Shown here: piece after piece, positions 7,137 to 16,078 of the stretch
Numbering within the stretch: position 1 is the stretch's first letter
Layout of the letters: each line of letters begins with the position of its first letter
Virus genome (UHGV): UHGV-0785299
Strand: one strand, 5' to 3'
Length of the DNA stretch: 22,338 nucleotides
Source of the DNA: a virus
Notes under the pieces: generated by a model
Told to the model about the DNA's origin: nothing
What the model saw: only the letters and a program-made list of their open reading frames with translations
Database searches by the model: none
Translations under genes and position numbers: made by a program

Positions 7137-9482
7137 TCAATCCTTCTTGATAACTTCAGTCAGGCCGTTTCGCAGGCCGTAGCGAATGTTGTGTTGGAAA
7201 TATTCCTGGAACTCCTGTTCGCGCTGGCTAATAACAAACAGGTTGTTCCCACCGAACTTATGCTTCAACATCTCAACCGATTCCTGCACCCCGCGCTCGC
7301 TCATGTTCTCAAGGATCTCGTCCAACACGAACAGGTTACATTGTACAGACGCCTTGAGGTTAGCCACATCGCGCAGAGCTAATGTCACAGCCAGGTTCAG
7401 ACGACTGCGCTGACCAGTAGACAGGGAGAAGATGCTCTGTCCTTTGCGGCCTGCTGCGCTCATGGTGATCTCAAAGGTATCGTCAACAACGATGTCCAAG
7501 AACATGTTGAGGGCTTCAAGATACTCGTTGATCTTGCTATTGAGGAATGGCAGATACAGAGCGATGATACGCGCCTTGGTCTGGTCATCTTTCAAGAAGA
7601 ACAGCAGGTGTTGTAAGTCCTGGAGTTCCTCATCTGCATCTTCACGGAGTTCATACAGAGCCTCCAGTTCACCTTCCAACGCAGCGATAGAGTTCTCCAG
7701 GTCGGTGGTAGGTGTTGGCTGTACAGCCAGTTTACGCTCCAGATCGGCAATAGACGCCACGAGAGGAGCACGACGGGCTTTCAGCTCGGCGATCTTATCA
7801 TCGACGGCTTTAATCCCGCTGACGGCATTCTCTCGCGTCTGTTGCAGCGACGCAGTGATGTCTTCAAAACGAACGTTCAGTGCCTTACGGATGTCAAGGA
7901 TCTTCTGTTGGCATTCACGGTTCAGCGAATTACACTCAATCGTGGCGGCATCATGAAAACCTTGAATATCACGGCGCAGCTGCTTGATGTTGTCGACGAT
8001 TTCGTCGGCCTGCTTGCGCATTGCATCCAGTTCAGCATCCAACATAGCAATGTCAGCAACCAGCTTGTCGTCCTGAGCCTTGTGGTCATCGATCAGGACA
8101 TTGATATCGGCGGTAACTTTGTCCAGTTGATCTAACTTCGACTGTAGTTCCTGGATCTGAGGATTGTACTCGCTTTCAATACGCGCCTTGGTATCGTCGG
8201 ACACCAGTTGGGTACATGTTGGGCAAGTCCCCATATCGTGGAAGCGCTTGATGGCCGACTGGTGGCCATCCATTTCGGTCTGGAACTTGATGCGGAAGTT
8301 CTCACCCTGTTGGCGACGCTGAATAGCAGCGTTCAGGGCATCCAGGTTTGCATTGCGCTCGGTGAGCAGGGTGTTCTTGCGTTCGGCCACTGTAAAGGCG
8401 CGGTCACGCAAGACCTGAAGATCATGCTCCGCAGTAGACACTTCGATGCGCTCATAATCGTCAGCCTTGTCCTGCGCGGCGTCCTTCACCGCCTGGACCT
8501 TGGTATCAAAGTCTTTCTTGACAGCCTCGATCTCTACCATGGATTCATCATGCAGGCGGCTTTCCACCGTCTTCATTTCCTGGGTGGCTTCAAACTCCAC
8601 AGCCGTGAGGCGGGTGCGCTCTTCATTCTGGGCGGCGATGTCAGCATCCAAGGAATTCAGGGCTTCCTGTTGCTGTACAAGGATATCGGCCGACCGCTGT
8701 TGGATCAGGGCGTTGGATTGCTCGATCTGCTGAAGCTGCGTCTTCTTGTTGGTGTGGTCAACAACCTTCAACGCACATTCATTCGCGATCGTGTCCAGCT
8801 TTTCGTTCGCTTTCTTGATGGATGCCTTGACATCTTCGTTCATCAGGCTGAAGAAGCCCAAGTCCCAGATAGTCTCCACCATGGCGCGGCGGTCGGCTGT
8901 GTACATCTCCGTGAACGGAATGAACTTCTCTTTGCCCAGCACCAGAGAGTTCTCAAACATCTTCTGGTCCACGCCGATGAGGTTCACGATGTACTTGTTC
9001 ATGTCGGCTTTGGCTGCTTCGTTATCGATCTGCAACCACTTGCCGTCCACCATCTGGTAGACTTCAACAAAGTCAGGTTTAATGCCACGGCGAACCTTCC
9101 ATTCGCTACCACGGCAGGCAAACTCTACCTCGCCCACACATTCCTTGCGGCTTTGTGAGTTAACCAGGCCTGCCTTCTTCTCCTTCTTACTGTACGTGTC
9201 GTTGTACAGTACGAAAAACAGCAGCCATACCAGCATCGTGGATTTACCCGCGCCGTTGTCATCAGACGTGACGAGGGTAGCCGGGTTGCGCTGATAATCA
9301 ATCTCCATGAATTGATTGCCGATGGAGCGGAAGTTCTTGGCGCGGCCTTTGCGGAAGGTCAGTTTGTGCGTAACGTTGTTACGCACTTCAAATGGGACTT
9401 CAACCTCGACCGGGGCGTCGGCTTCCTTCAAAAGATTACCAAATTTGGTCAAGATATCTGTGCTCTGAGTCATGTTATGCAT
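7137..9482 (-). CDS. Rad50/SbcC-family recombination ATPase (T4 gp46-like)
   Basis: 781 aa; Walker A TSDDNGAGKST near N-terminus; long coiled-coil middle with CPTC zinc-hook-like motif; ABC signature LSTGQRSR and Walker B LFVLDEIL near C-terminus; start overlaps stop of the Mre11-like gene. Confidence 0.9.
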   Translation of the reverse strand: MHNMTQSTDILTKFGNLLKEADAPVEVEVPFEVRNNVTHKLTFRKGRAKNFRSIGNQFMEIDYQRNPATLVTSDDNGAGKSTMLVWLLFFVLYNDTYSKKEKKAGLVNSQSRKECVGEVEFACRGSEWKVRRGIKPDFVEVYQMVDGKWLQIDNEAAKADMNKYIVNLIGVDQKMFENSLVLGKEKFIPFTEMYTADRRAMVETIWDLGFFSLMNEDVKASIKKANEKLDTIANECALKVVDHTNKKTQLQQIEQSNALIQQRSADILVQQQEALNSLDADIAAQNEERTRLTAVEFEATQEMKTVESRLHDESMVEIEAVKKDFDTKVQAVKDAAQDKADDYERIEVSTAEHDLQVLRDRAFTVAERKNTLLTERNANLDALNAAIQRRQQGENFRIKFQTEMDGHQSAIKRFHDMGTCPTCTQLVSDDTKARIESEYNPQIQELQSKLDQLDKVTADINVLIDDHKAQDDKLVADIAMLDAELDAMRKQADEIVDNIKQLRRDIQGFHDAATIECNSLNRECQQKILDIRKALNVRFEDITASLQQTRENAVSGIKAVDDKIAELKARRAPLVASIADLERKLAVQPTPTTDLENSIAALEGELEALYELREDADEELQDLQHLLFFLKDDQTKARIIALYLPFLNSKINEYLEALNMFLDIVVDDTFEITMSAAGRKGQSIFSLSTGQRSRLNLAVTLALRDVANLKASVQCNLFVLDEILENMSERGVQESVEMLKHKFGGNNLFVISQREQEFQEYFQHNIRYGLRNGLTEVIKKD

Positions 9483-10590
9483 CCAGTTTGTTCAGGCGTT
9501 GTTGGGCAGCATTATAGAAGTGCTCTGCTAGTTTACAGACATTGTCGGGGCGCTGAATGTTGTTCCCGGCGCGGATATCCTTCTTCAGGACTTCCACCGC
9601 ATCGGTCGCCACCATCTCTTCGGTGACCTCAACCTTCTCGGCAGCAACAGTAATCGTCCGGTCGATGAAGTTATAGTCAATACACTTGCATCGCTTCATC
9701 GCATCACAGAACTTTTCATAATGCTTAGCATTGTCGCGGTTCTGTACAATAACCTTAACGATTTGCCCTTCAATACCCAAGCCTGTGTTCAACCATTCCG
9801 GGTCGATCCAATTGCCTTCTTCATCAGAGGACAACTTGGTGTAATCATATTCCACATAGCGGAACAGCGTCTGATTCTCGGCGTTTGGGATAAAGATCTC
9901 ACCACCACGCATGTCGTCCACATAGAAGCCACGGTTGGTGCCGTCTTTGTAGTCTTCCCAGTTCAGGTGATACGGAGTCCCAATATATTGAATGTTACCT
10001 TCCATCGAACGGGTATGGAAATGGCCCGTGTCGACCCTGGTAAACTTGGAAAGCAGCGCAACGTCGATCTGACCGTGATCACAAGTAGAAGACTGGTACA
10101 TTTTGAACCCCGCCAGCTCCAGATGCGCAAAACAGTACTCGGCGTCTGTATCTTGTATCGCTTTAATAGACGCATCATAGTTCTCCTTGTTGATCCAAGG
10201 CAGCAGCAGAGTCTTGACACCCTCGATCATCACTTCGGTTGGTTCGCTGTAATAGCAGTACACATCCGGGTCGAGTTCGTTCAGGTAGGATGGCCAGTTG
10301 ATGCGGTTGGACTCTTCCAGGGTGATGTCATGGTTGCCCACGATGCCATTCCACTTGATACCAGCCGCTTTCAGCGCTGGAGTTAATTCATCCTTCAGCC
10401 AGTCTTTGTCGCGCCCGTACATGAATTTGCGGACATCAAACATATCACCGAACTGCCAGACCTCTTTGATATCAGAGTCGGCAAGTTCAGGAATGAAATA
10501 ATTGATGAGATAGTTCTTGATGAAGTCGCGAACGTATCGAGAACCATTACGGCTCCCGATATGCAGATCACCAATTTTAGCAATCGCCAT
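9475..10590 (-). CDS. Mre11/SbcD-family nuclease (T4 gp47-like)
   Basis: 371 aa; calcineurin-like phosphoesterase motifs GDLHIG, GDMFD, GNHD, GHFH in canonical order; immediately upstream of and overlapping the Rad50-like gene, as in T4 genes 47-46. Confidence 0.9.
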   Translation of the reverse strand: MAIAKIGDLHIGSRNGSRYVRDFIKNYLINYFIPELADSDIKEVWQFGDMFDVRKFMYGRDKDWLKDELTPALKAAGIKWNGIVGNHDITLEESNRINWPSYLNELDPDVYCYYSEPTEVMIEGVKTLLLPWINKENYDASIKAIQDTDAEYCFAHLELAGFKMYQSSTCDHGQIDVALLSKFTRVDTGHFHTRSMEGNIQYIGTPYHLNWEDYKDGTNRGFYVDDMRGGEIFIPNAENQTLFRYVEYDYTKLSSDEEGNWIDPEWLNTGLGIEGQIVKVIVQNRDNAKHYEKFCDAMKRCKCIDYNFIDRTITVAAEKVEVTEEMVATDAVEVLKKDIRAGNNIQRPDNVCKLAEHFYNAAQQRLNKLDA

Positions 10591-11318
10591 TATTCTGTTT
10601 CTCCTTCGGTTTCATCTAGTCCGAATTGGGTTTTGCCGAAGTCCTGATCTGAATTGTCTTCGGCCTGCGCTGTTACCGTATTCTTAGCCTGCGCCATGTA
10701 TTGAAGTATGCCTTTCGCAATCTTTTTATTCGATTCTGCGAGACGAGCTGCCTCCACCTTCTCTCGCTCCTTCTGCCTTTGAGCGTCCTTTTTGTTCTCA
10801 AAGTTGCCGATACGTTCACGGAAGTCCATGCCAATTCCTGTAGCATCAACAAAGACCTCTTGTTGGAAGTCGGGATCGTCTGCCAGGCCTGCGAACCCAC
10901 CCGCCTCTTCAAATGAGCGCAATTTAATGTACGTGTGCTCTTCTTCGATGTTCAGTTTACGAGCAAATGATCGATCAGCACACATGGTCACCCAAGAGAA
11001 GAAGTTGATCTTCCCTTTCTTTCCAATGTGTTCGACGTCAAATGTGTGGAGGTAGCGCAGGATATTGACTATTGCTTCAGAGACCATGTCTTCACGGAAG
11101 GGATAGTCGCGATAGTTGTAGCGGGTGCTCATCTTGGTGATGATGCGCTGGACCTGTAGAGCAACATAGTTGGGGATCTTTGGAAGCCTGGTGCCTTCAG
11201 CCAGAGCCTTCTTACGAGCAGGGATCCAATCACGAAGGATACTGATGACACGCTCGTTATCTTCGTCTGTGAAATATTTGACGACATTCTCCCCTCTGTC
11301 CACGAAGTTCATTCCCAT
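10590..11318 (-). CDS. late-transcription sigma factor (T4 gp55-like) with acidic C-terminal extension
   Basis: 242 aa; position directly upstream of the 47/46-like pair matches T4-like gene order; N-terminal half (ISILRDW..., RYNYRDY, ...LHTFD) resembles T4 gp55 from memory; perfect TATAAATA boxes occur in the window; GAGGGA RBS; 1-nt stop/start overlap with the gp47-like gene. Confidence 0.55.
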   Translation of the reverse strand: MGMNFVDRGENVVKYFTDEDNERVISILRDWIPARKKALAEGTRLPKIPNYVALQVQRIITKMSTRYNYRDYPFREDMVSEAIVNILRYLHTFDVEHIGKKGKINFFSWVTMCADRSFARKLNIEEEHTYIKLRSFEEAGGFAGLADDPDFQQEVFVDATGIGMDFRERIGNFENKKDAQRQKEREKVEAARLAESNKKIAKGILQYMAQAKNTVTAQAEDNSDQDFGKTQFGLDETEGETE

Positions 11319-11329
11319 TATGAAATCCC

Positions 11330-11857
11330 TCAGATACCGATAAATTCATCAAAAGATCCAACAACCTTCTTCACCGAGATATTGTCATTCTCAATCAGGA
11401 AGTTGCTGTCGTTTTTGGCTGCTGTAGCCCAGTCATCGGCAAGTTCGTTGCCTTCGTGTCCCGCATGACCCTTAACCCATTTTAGTTCAACTTCACAGAT
11501 TGAACAAACGAGATCATAGATTCTGAACAGATCTTTGATGAGTTCAACGTTCTTTTCTGGGAAACCCTGATACTCCCACTTCGTTCGCCATTCGGTGACA
11601 CTCTTGATGGCATATTGGCTGTCAGACCAAATTGTTGCCTTTGGTATTCTGCGCTCACCCTTTCCTGAGAATGCCCACAGTAGCTTCAATGCGTTGGTCA
11701 CGCCCAACAACTCGGCGATATTGTTAGTGGACGGGGGAGGTAGATGGCCGAAGAACACCTTCCATTGCATACCCGTTATTGGCCTGATAACAAATGCCCA
11801 GCCTGCGGCCTGGTTGGTCTTCGGGTTAGAACCCCCGTCAGAATAAATTTCTATCAT
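11330..11857 (-). CDS. rnhA: ribonuclease HI
   Basis: ORF 11330..11953; preferred start ATG at 11857 (MIEIYSDGGS...). Strong match to E. coli RNase HI catalytic segments: YSDGGS (TDGS), TNNIAELLG (TNNRMELMA), SDSQYA (TDSQYV), KWVKGHAGHEGNELAD (WVKGHAGHPENERCD). Confidence 0.8.
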   Translation of the reverse strand: MIEIYSDGGSNPKTNQAAGWAFVIRPITGMQWKVFFGHLPPPSTNNIAELLGVTNALKLLWAFSGKGERRIPKATIWSDSQYAIKSVTEWRTKWEYQGFPEKNVELIKDLFRIYDLVCSICEVELKWVKGHAGHEGNELADDWATAAKNDSNFLIENDNISVKKVVGSFDEFIGI

Positions 11858-11859
11858 GA

Positions 11860-11867
11860 TATAAATA
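11860..11867 (+). promoter_or_regulatory. T4-type late promoter box TATAAATA (plus strand)
   Basis: Exact TATAAATA at 11860-11867, 35 nt upstream of ATG 11903 with AGAGGA RBS in between; directly abuts the RNase HI start codon on the opposite strand. Confidence 0.55.
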
Positions 11868-11902
11868 TCCCAAACTGGTTTTATAGAAAGAGGAATGAAA
11901 CT

Positions 11903-12670
11903 ATGGCACCCCGCGCATATCGTTTCAGTCTCACCGCCCCGCAGATTGAGCAATTGCTCCTCTCTATCTATGATGCTATCAAGTCAGAAGATATCATCTA
12001 TGATTATGCTGCAGGTGGGACTGCTGGACAAGTCGCAGCAGCGTCTGCTGTCAAGAACATGTGGTTGAAGCTCAACGAGATGGTGACAGGCCAAGGTCTC
12101 AAAGATGCCATCAACGATGCAGAAGACAGCAACGTGTTCACCGACTATTATAAGTCTTTACTGGATCGCGAAGGTTGGAAATTTATTGGATCTCCAGCAG
12201 ATGAACTTCAGCGAGGCGACATCGATACCTCGAACTTCAAAGGTGGTGAGGTCATTCTACTTCAGAAGAACGCTTCGGGCAACCCAGAATTCCAATACTG
12301 GAAGCGAACCCCTGTTGCTGGGGGTGATCCTACCTTTGCATGGGCTTCGGTCTATGAAGGGAACTCTAATGATTCCAGCATAGAGATTCCCGTGGTTGGC
12401 ACCAGCGTACTCAAGGACATCCCCAAGGCACTCTTCCATATGATCGAGTTCAGAGTGCATGTCTACGATGAGACACTGGGTCATTGGCAAGACACCGACG
12501 GGAAGGTGGGGTATCGTGGCGAGGATCTGATCTACAGTGTATACAACCATATTCAGACCAAACCTCTCGCCACCATTGACTTCAGCCAAGATACGGACAA
12601 TATGACGGTTTCTGTGACGTCGTTGGAACCGAATGTCAAGTGCCATCTGTCCTTCGTTGCGGGTTACTAA
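11903..12670 (+). CDS. hypothetical late protein (255 aa), possibly structural
   Basis: ORF 11744..12670; preferred start ATG 11903 (MAPRAYRFSLTAPQ...) because it follows the late-promoter box and RBS and avoids overlap with RNase HI coding sequence; stop overlaps the stop of the convergent helicase gene (CTAA); no motif recognised. Confidence 0.6.
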   Translation: MAPRAYRFSLTAPQIEQLLLSIYDAIKSEDIIYDYAAGGTAGQVAAASAVKNMWLKLNEMVTGQGLKDAINDAEDSNVFTDYYKSLLDREGWKFIGSPADELQRGDIDTSNFKGGEVILLQKNASGNPEFQYWKRTPVAGGDPTFAWASVYEGNSNDSSIEIPVVGTSVLKDIPKALFHMIEFRVHVYDETLGHWQDTDGKVGYRGEDLIYSVYNHIQTKPLATIDFSQDTDNMTVSVTSLEPNVKCHLSFVAGY

Positions 12671-14385
12671 ACCTCAAACACGGCATCAGTGAACCAAGCG
12701 GGGAAGAACTCTGGGTTGCGCATCATAAGTGATTCAAAAGAAGAATCAAGGATGTACGTCGCAGCCCAGTCATTCACGCCCCTGACCGAACGCCCACACA
12801 TCTGAACGATACGCAGTACCGCCATCCTGAAGTACGCCGATGGGTCCACACTGTTGACGTGGGCCACCAGAGGATCACCAAGGTAATCGTATGGCACCTT
12901 GATCAAGATCTGAAATCTGCTATAATCGCCTTTGAAGTCATACCCCTCTTCCATGGCCGGACTGGCGATGACACAAGGCGTCTTCGTCCTGAACGCGTGT
13001 TCCATGATGTCCATCAGAGCCTTACGAGTACGAGGAACGTGAATCATATTCCGGTACTTACTGAACTTTTGTAGAGCCAGGGCGCGGTCATAACTGACTG
13101 TGTGAATGATGCCAGACTGCCCAGGGTGGAACGCGATAATTTCATCCACGTATTCAGCCAGCTTCTTCATCTCGTAGTCACCCATGTTCGCTGTCATCTT
13201 CATGATGGGCATGTAGTTGACTTTCCGGTTCTCAATCGGGATAGGGTTGCCGATCTGTATCTTGTGGTACTCACCCTCGGGGATACCCAGTGACCGGGCG
13301 TACGAGTCAATCCCACAAATGGTAGCCGACATGTGAACGTGGTAGTCACCCTTGCGGAACAGGCCGAACTGGGATACATCAGAGGCGATGACAGGCTTGA
13401 ACTGAATCATACCCTTGTCCTTCTCCTGTACGATGAAAGTGCTGGCGTTGGTCTGCCCCATGATACCACAGTAGTCGCTGAGGTTGTGAAGAGTATCAAT
13501 AATATCAGACAGCTTCATCACCTGGGCTTCAGTCAGGCGCTCGTCCTCTACCAGTTCCTCAAGAGTTTCCAACAGGGCTTCAACCTTGCCGTGCAGTTCA
13601 TCAAATATCGCATGCATCTCACCAGACAGGGAATACAGCTTGCCCAATTCATAGTTCTCTGTGCGGATGATGATATCCTTGATGGTCTCCACGATAGGCA
13701 CTCCCTCAGGGATCGTAAGCAACCCTTCCACAGCCTTTATGTTGTATTCCATGATAGTATGCTCTAGGAGCGTAGAGGGCATTTTATGACACTCGTCAAG
13801 GATCAGCATATCGGCACGGTTTTCCGGCTTCATACAAATCGTCGTACACATCTCCACCATCATGGCGGCGTTGGTGCAGCGCAGGGAGGAGACGTCGGTC
13901 CACTGTCGACGCGCCTGAACATATGGACAACGATTCTTACTACAGTGGCCATCACGGCATGCCATACGGCACTGAATGGCGTTGTAGTATAGGTCGGGGC
14001 TGATGTGGCAACGGTAGTTCTTCTTGCCCTTCAGGATGTCTATCGCCACGGCTTTCTCTGCTGCATACTGATCCTGTAAACCTTTGGTCGGCGTCGTGAT
14101 AGACGTGCGGAACTGACCATACGGGTTGTGCTCAAGAACCAAATGGCGAAGCACGTTATGGATGGTAGTGCCGATGAGGGATTTACCTACACCAGTCGGA
14201 GCCTCGATGATCACGTGTTTGAATTTCTTATTCACAAGGGCATCAATGGCTTCAACGATGCATTCCATCTGGCCGGGGTTGGCGGTGTCATACGGGAAGA
14301 ACTCAGTGGCAAGAGACTTGATGCGGTCTATGCTGACTGGTCCGACGCCGTCAAGCGCCTTGGTATATTGGTTGAATGCTGTCAC
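12667..14385 (-). CDS. DinG/XPD-like superfamily-2 helicase with Fe-S cluster cysteines
   Basis: 572 aa; GTG start with AGGAGGAA RBS; Walker A IEAPTGVGKSLIG; DEAH-type box LILDECHKM; Cys cluster CHISPD ... CRMACRDGHCSKNRCP between them; HMSATICG (SATL-like motif) and GRSVRG near C-terminus. Confidence 0.75.
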   Translation of the reverse strand: MTAFNQYTKALDGVGPVSIDRIKSLATEFFPYDTANPGQMECIVEAIDALVNKKFKHVIIEAPTGVGKSLIGTTIHNVLRHLVLEHNPYGQFRTSITTPTKGLQDQYAAEKAVAIDILKGKKNYRCHISPDLYYNAIQCRMACRDGHCSKNRCPYVQARRQWTDVSSLRCTNAAMMVEMCTTICMKPENRADMLILDECHKMPSTLLEHTIMEYNIKAVEGLLTIPEGVPIVETIKDIIIRTENYELGKLYSLSGEMHAIFDELHGKVEALLETLEELVEDERLTEAQVMKLSDIIDTLHNLSDYCGIMGQTNASTFIVQEKDKGMIQFKPVIASDVSQFGLFRKGDYHVHMSATICGIDSYARSLGIPEGEYHKIQIGNPIPIENRKVNYMPIMKMTANMGDYEMKKLAEYVDEIIAFHPGQSGIIHTVSYDRALALQKFSKYRNMIHVPRTRKALMDIMEHAFRTKTPCVIASPAMEEGYDFKGDYSRFQILIKVPYDYLGDPLVAHVNSVDPSAYFRMAVLRIVQMCGRSVRGVNDWAATYILDSSFESLMMRNPEFFPAWFTDAVFEV

Positions 14386-14435
14386 TTTCTTCCTCCTATG
14401 GGATTCGCCTTTAGTTTAACCGATTCCCAGGAACG

Positions 14436-14470
14436 AAAAAGCCGGAGTACAATGCTCCGGCTTTCTCTTT
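14436..14470. terminator. bidirectional intrinsic terminator hairpin (GCCGGAG/CTCCGGC) flanked by A5 and T-rich tracts
   Basis: 7-bp GC-rich stem 14441-14447/14455-14461 with 7-nt loop; AAAAA upstream and TTTCTCTTTT downstream on plus, giving a U-tract in either direction; sits between the HU-like gene stop and the helicase start. Confidence 0.6.
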
Positions 14471-14513
14471 TGCCATGCCCTGATTGCAGAGCCTGGCCGC
14501 GCGTCAGATAGAA

Positions 14514-14792
14514 TTACTTGCCGTTGGCAGCGTTCTTCAGACCTTCGCCCACTTTGAATTTCACAACGTTTTTCGCCGCGATCTGAATGGTCTGGCCGTT
14601 CAGAGGGTTGCGACCTTCACGCGCTTCTTGGTGTTTCACTTCGAACGCACCGAAGCCGACCAGCTGTACAGATGCGCCTGCAGCAACTGCAGTTTTAACA
14701 CCGTCGATAAAGGATGCCACTACTTTCTCCGCTTCGCCTTTGGTGATATTCTGGGTCGAAGCAATGTGGGCAACAAATTCAGTACGATTCAT
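14514..14792 (-). CDS. HU/IHF-family histone-like DNA-binding protein
   Basis: 92 aa; GFGAFEVKHQEAREGRNPLNGQTIQIAAKNVVKFK is the classic HU beta-arm region; GGAG RBS 9 nt upstream of ATG. Confidence 0.85.
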   Translation of the reverse strand: MNRTEFVAHIASTQNITKGEAEKVVASFIDGVKTAVAAGASVQLVGFGAFEVKHQEAREGRNPLNGQTIQIAAKNVVKFKVGEGLKNAANGK

Positions 14793-14917
14793 CTGGATTT
14801 CTCCGTTGGGTTAATGTTTACTTTCATGTTCACTACAAGAGGGCTACAGTTTAACTAACAAATTTTATTGAATAAAGCGGAATTAATAGCCTTTCACCAC
14901 GATTACAGTCTTTGTGC

Positions 14918-15357
14918 TCATATTTGCTCCGTTTGTTTCTCAACGCCCAGTGCGGCGGCATAGATACCACGAGCCATGCGATCATCACAAAATCCATACG
15001 TGAATAATCCAGCAATGGCATCAAGGCGTTCCTGTGTTGGTGTGACAGGCACAGACACCGTTTGAACTTCAGTCTTTTCGGTGCCTTCCGGTTTCATCAA
15101 GACCTCCATTTCTTGACGACTAACAACAATGGTTTCTACCTTATCTTCATCGATCAACATTTCGTTCAGAAGATCGTATCCCAACACTTGTGTATCGCCG
15201 ATATATGTCTTCGCGTTCAGTTGTGCTTCGATACTTAACACCCTCTGAGCTGTAAGGCCACCAGAGGAGAACGGTACTGGATAGAAGGCGGAACGCACTT
15301 GGGCACACCCATTTACGCTGTAACGAACCAGCAAGACATCACACCATACGCCAGCCA
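14918..15357 (-). CDS. hypothetical protein (146 aa)
   Basis: ORF 14918..15376; preferred start ATG 15357 (MAGVWCDV...) with GGAGGTG RBS 5 nt upstream, 2 nt after the stop of the upstream gene. Confidence 0.55.
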
Positions 15358-15359
15358 TA

Positions 15360-16022
15360 TTACACCTCCACCGCATGAGACTTCAGGAGTTCATCAATCT
15401 CTTTCTGCCCCATGTATGAGAACGGGGTGCGCTGGTAGAACGCCCAGAGTACTAACTGGACAACAGCACGGGAACGGGTTTCGGCCGTCATCACCAGGCC
15501 ACTGAAATGAGGAGACTCAGCTGTCCATTGTATCTCTTCGCCCAGGTCTTGATTACAGGTCACCGAGATGCGGAACTTGTTGCACAGATTGTCGACTTCT
15601 TTGTACGCATCGGTAGACACACGAAGTTGTTCCGCATGTGCCCACGGAGTTGTGACGATTCTTTCACCCAACGTCTTTTCTGAAACGAACCAATCAATAG
15701 ATTGGGTAAACTCGCTAAAATGGTCGATACGATAAATACAGTCTCCCCCTTCCATAGAACGCATGGCATGATAGCGAGCGTCAATTTCATTGTTGTGCAT
15801 AGCGTTGAAGTCGATGAACACGCGACGCGCCAGCACAACATCTTCTGGTTGAAGTGCCAGGAAATCGTTCAGGCGGCTATAATGGAGGATATTGGAACCG
15901 TCGTGGCCACGTGTGCAATATGCGTAATAGCTACCGATACGGGTGTGGGTAATATAAGACAACGGGGCGAAGAATAATCCGTCAGGATCAGGACCGACGA
16001 TAATAGAATAAAGTTTTTCCAT
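15360..16022 (-). CDS. hypothetical protein (220 aa)
   Basis: ORF 15360..16121; preferred start ATG 16022 (MEKLYSIIVGPD...) which avoids overlap with the upstream gene; start choice uncertain; no motif recognised. Confidence 0.5.
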   Translation of the reverse strand: MEKLYSIIVGPDPDGLFFAPLSYITHTRIGSYYAYCTRGHDGSNILHYSRLNDFLALQPEDVVLARRVFIDFNAMHNNEIDARYHAMRSMEGGDCIYRIDHFSEFTQSIDWFVSEKTLGERIVTTPWAHAEQLRVSTDAYKEVDNLCNKFRISVTCNQDLGEEIQWTAESPHFSGLVMTAETRSRAVVQLVLWAFYQRTPFSYMGQKEIDELLKSHAVEV

Positions 16023-16078
16023 GATATAGTCACTCAAATGAAAGGGCAGCTTTATGATAAGCCGCCCGAGGTTATTGA

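Noticed and set aside
8208-9158. 316-aa plus-strand ORF antisense to the Rad50-like gene (with similar ones at 7432-7956 and 8467-8733)
   Set aside because: Antisense to a gene with clear Walker/signature motifs; Leu/Arg/His-rich composition typical of reverse-frame artefacts.
9721-10386. 221-aa plus-strand ORF antisense to the Mre11-like gene
   Set aside because: Same reasoning: overlaps a motif-supported minus-strand gene; no independent signals.
11744-11902. Upstream extension of the plus-strand late gene (MAEEHLPL... start at 11744)
   Set aside because: Would overlap RNase HI coding sequence antisense for over 100 nt and precede the TATAAATA box; the ATG at 11903 with RBS is the better start.
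14793-14917. Possible middle or early promoter upstream of the HU-like gene (CGCTTTA MotA-box-like sequence on minus strand)
   Set aside because: Spacing to any -10-like element does not fit the MotA-box to -10 distance; left unannotated.
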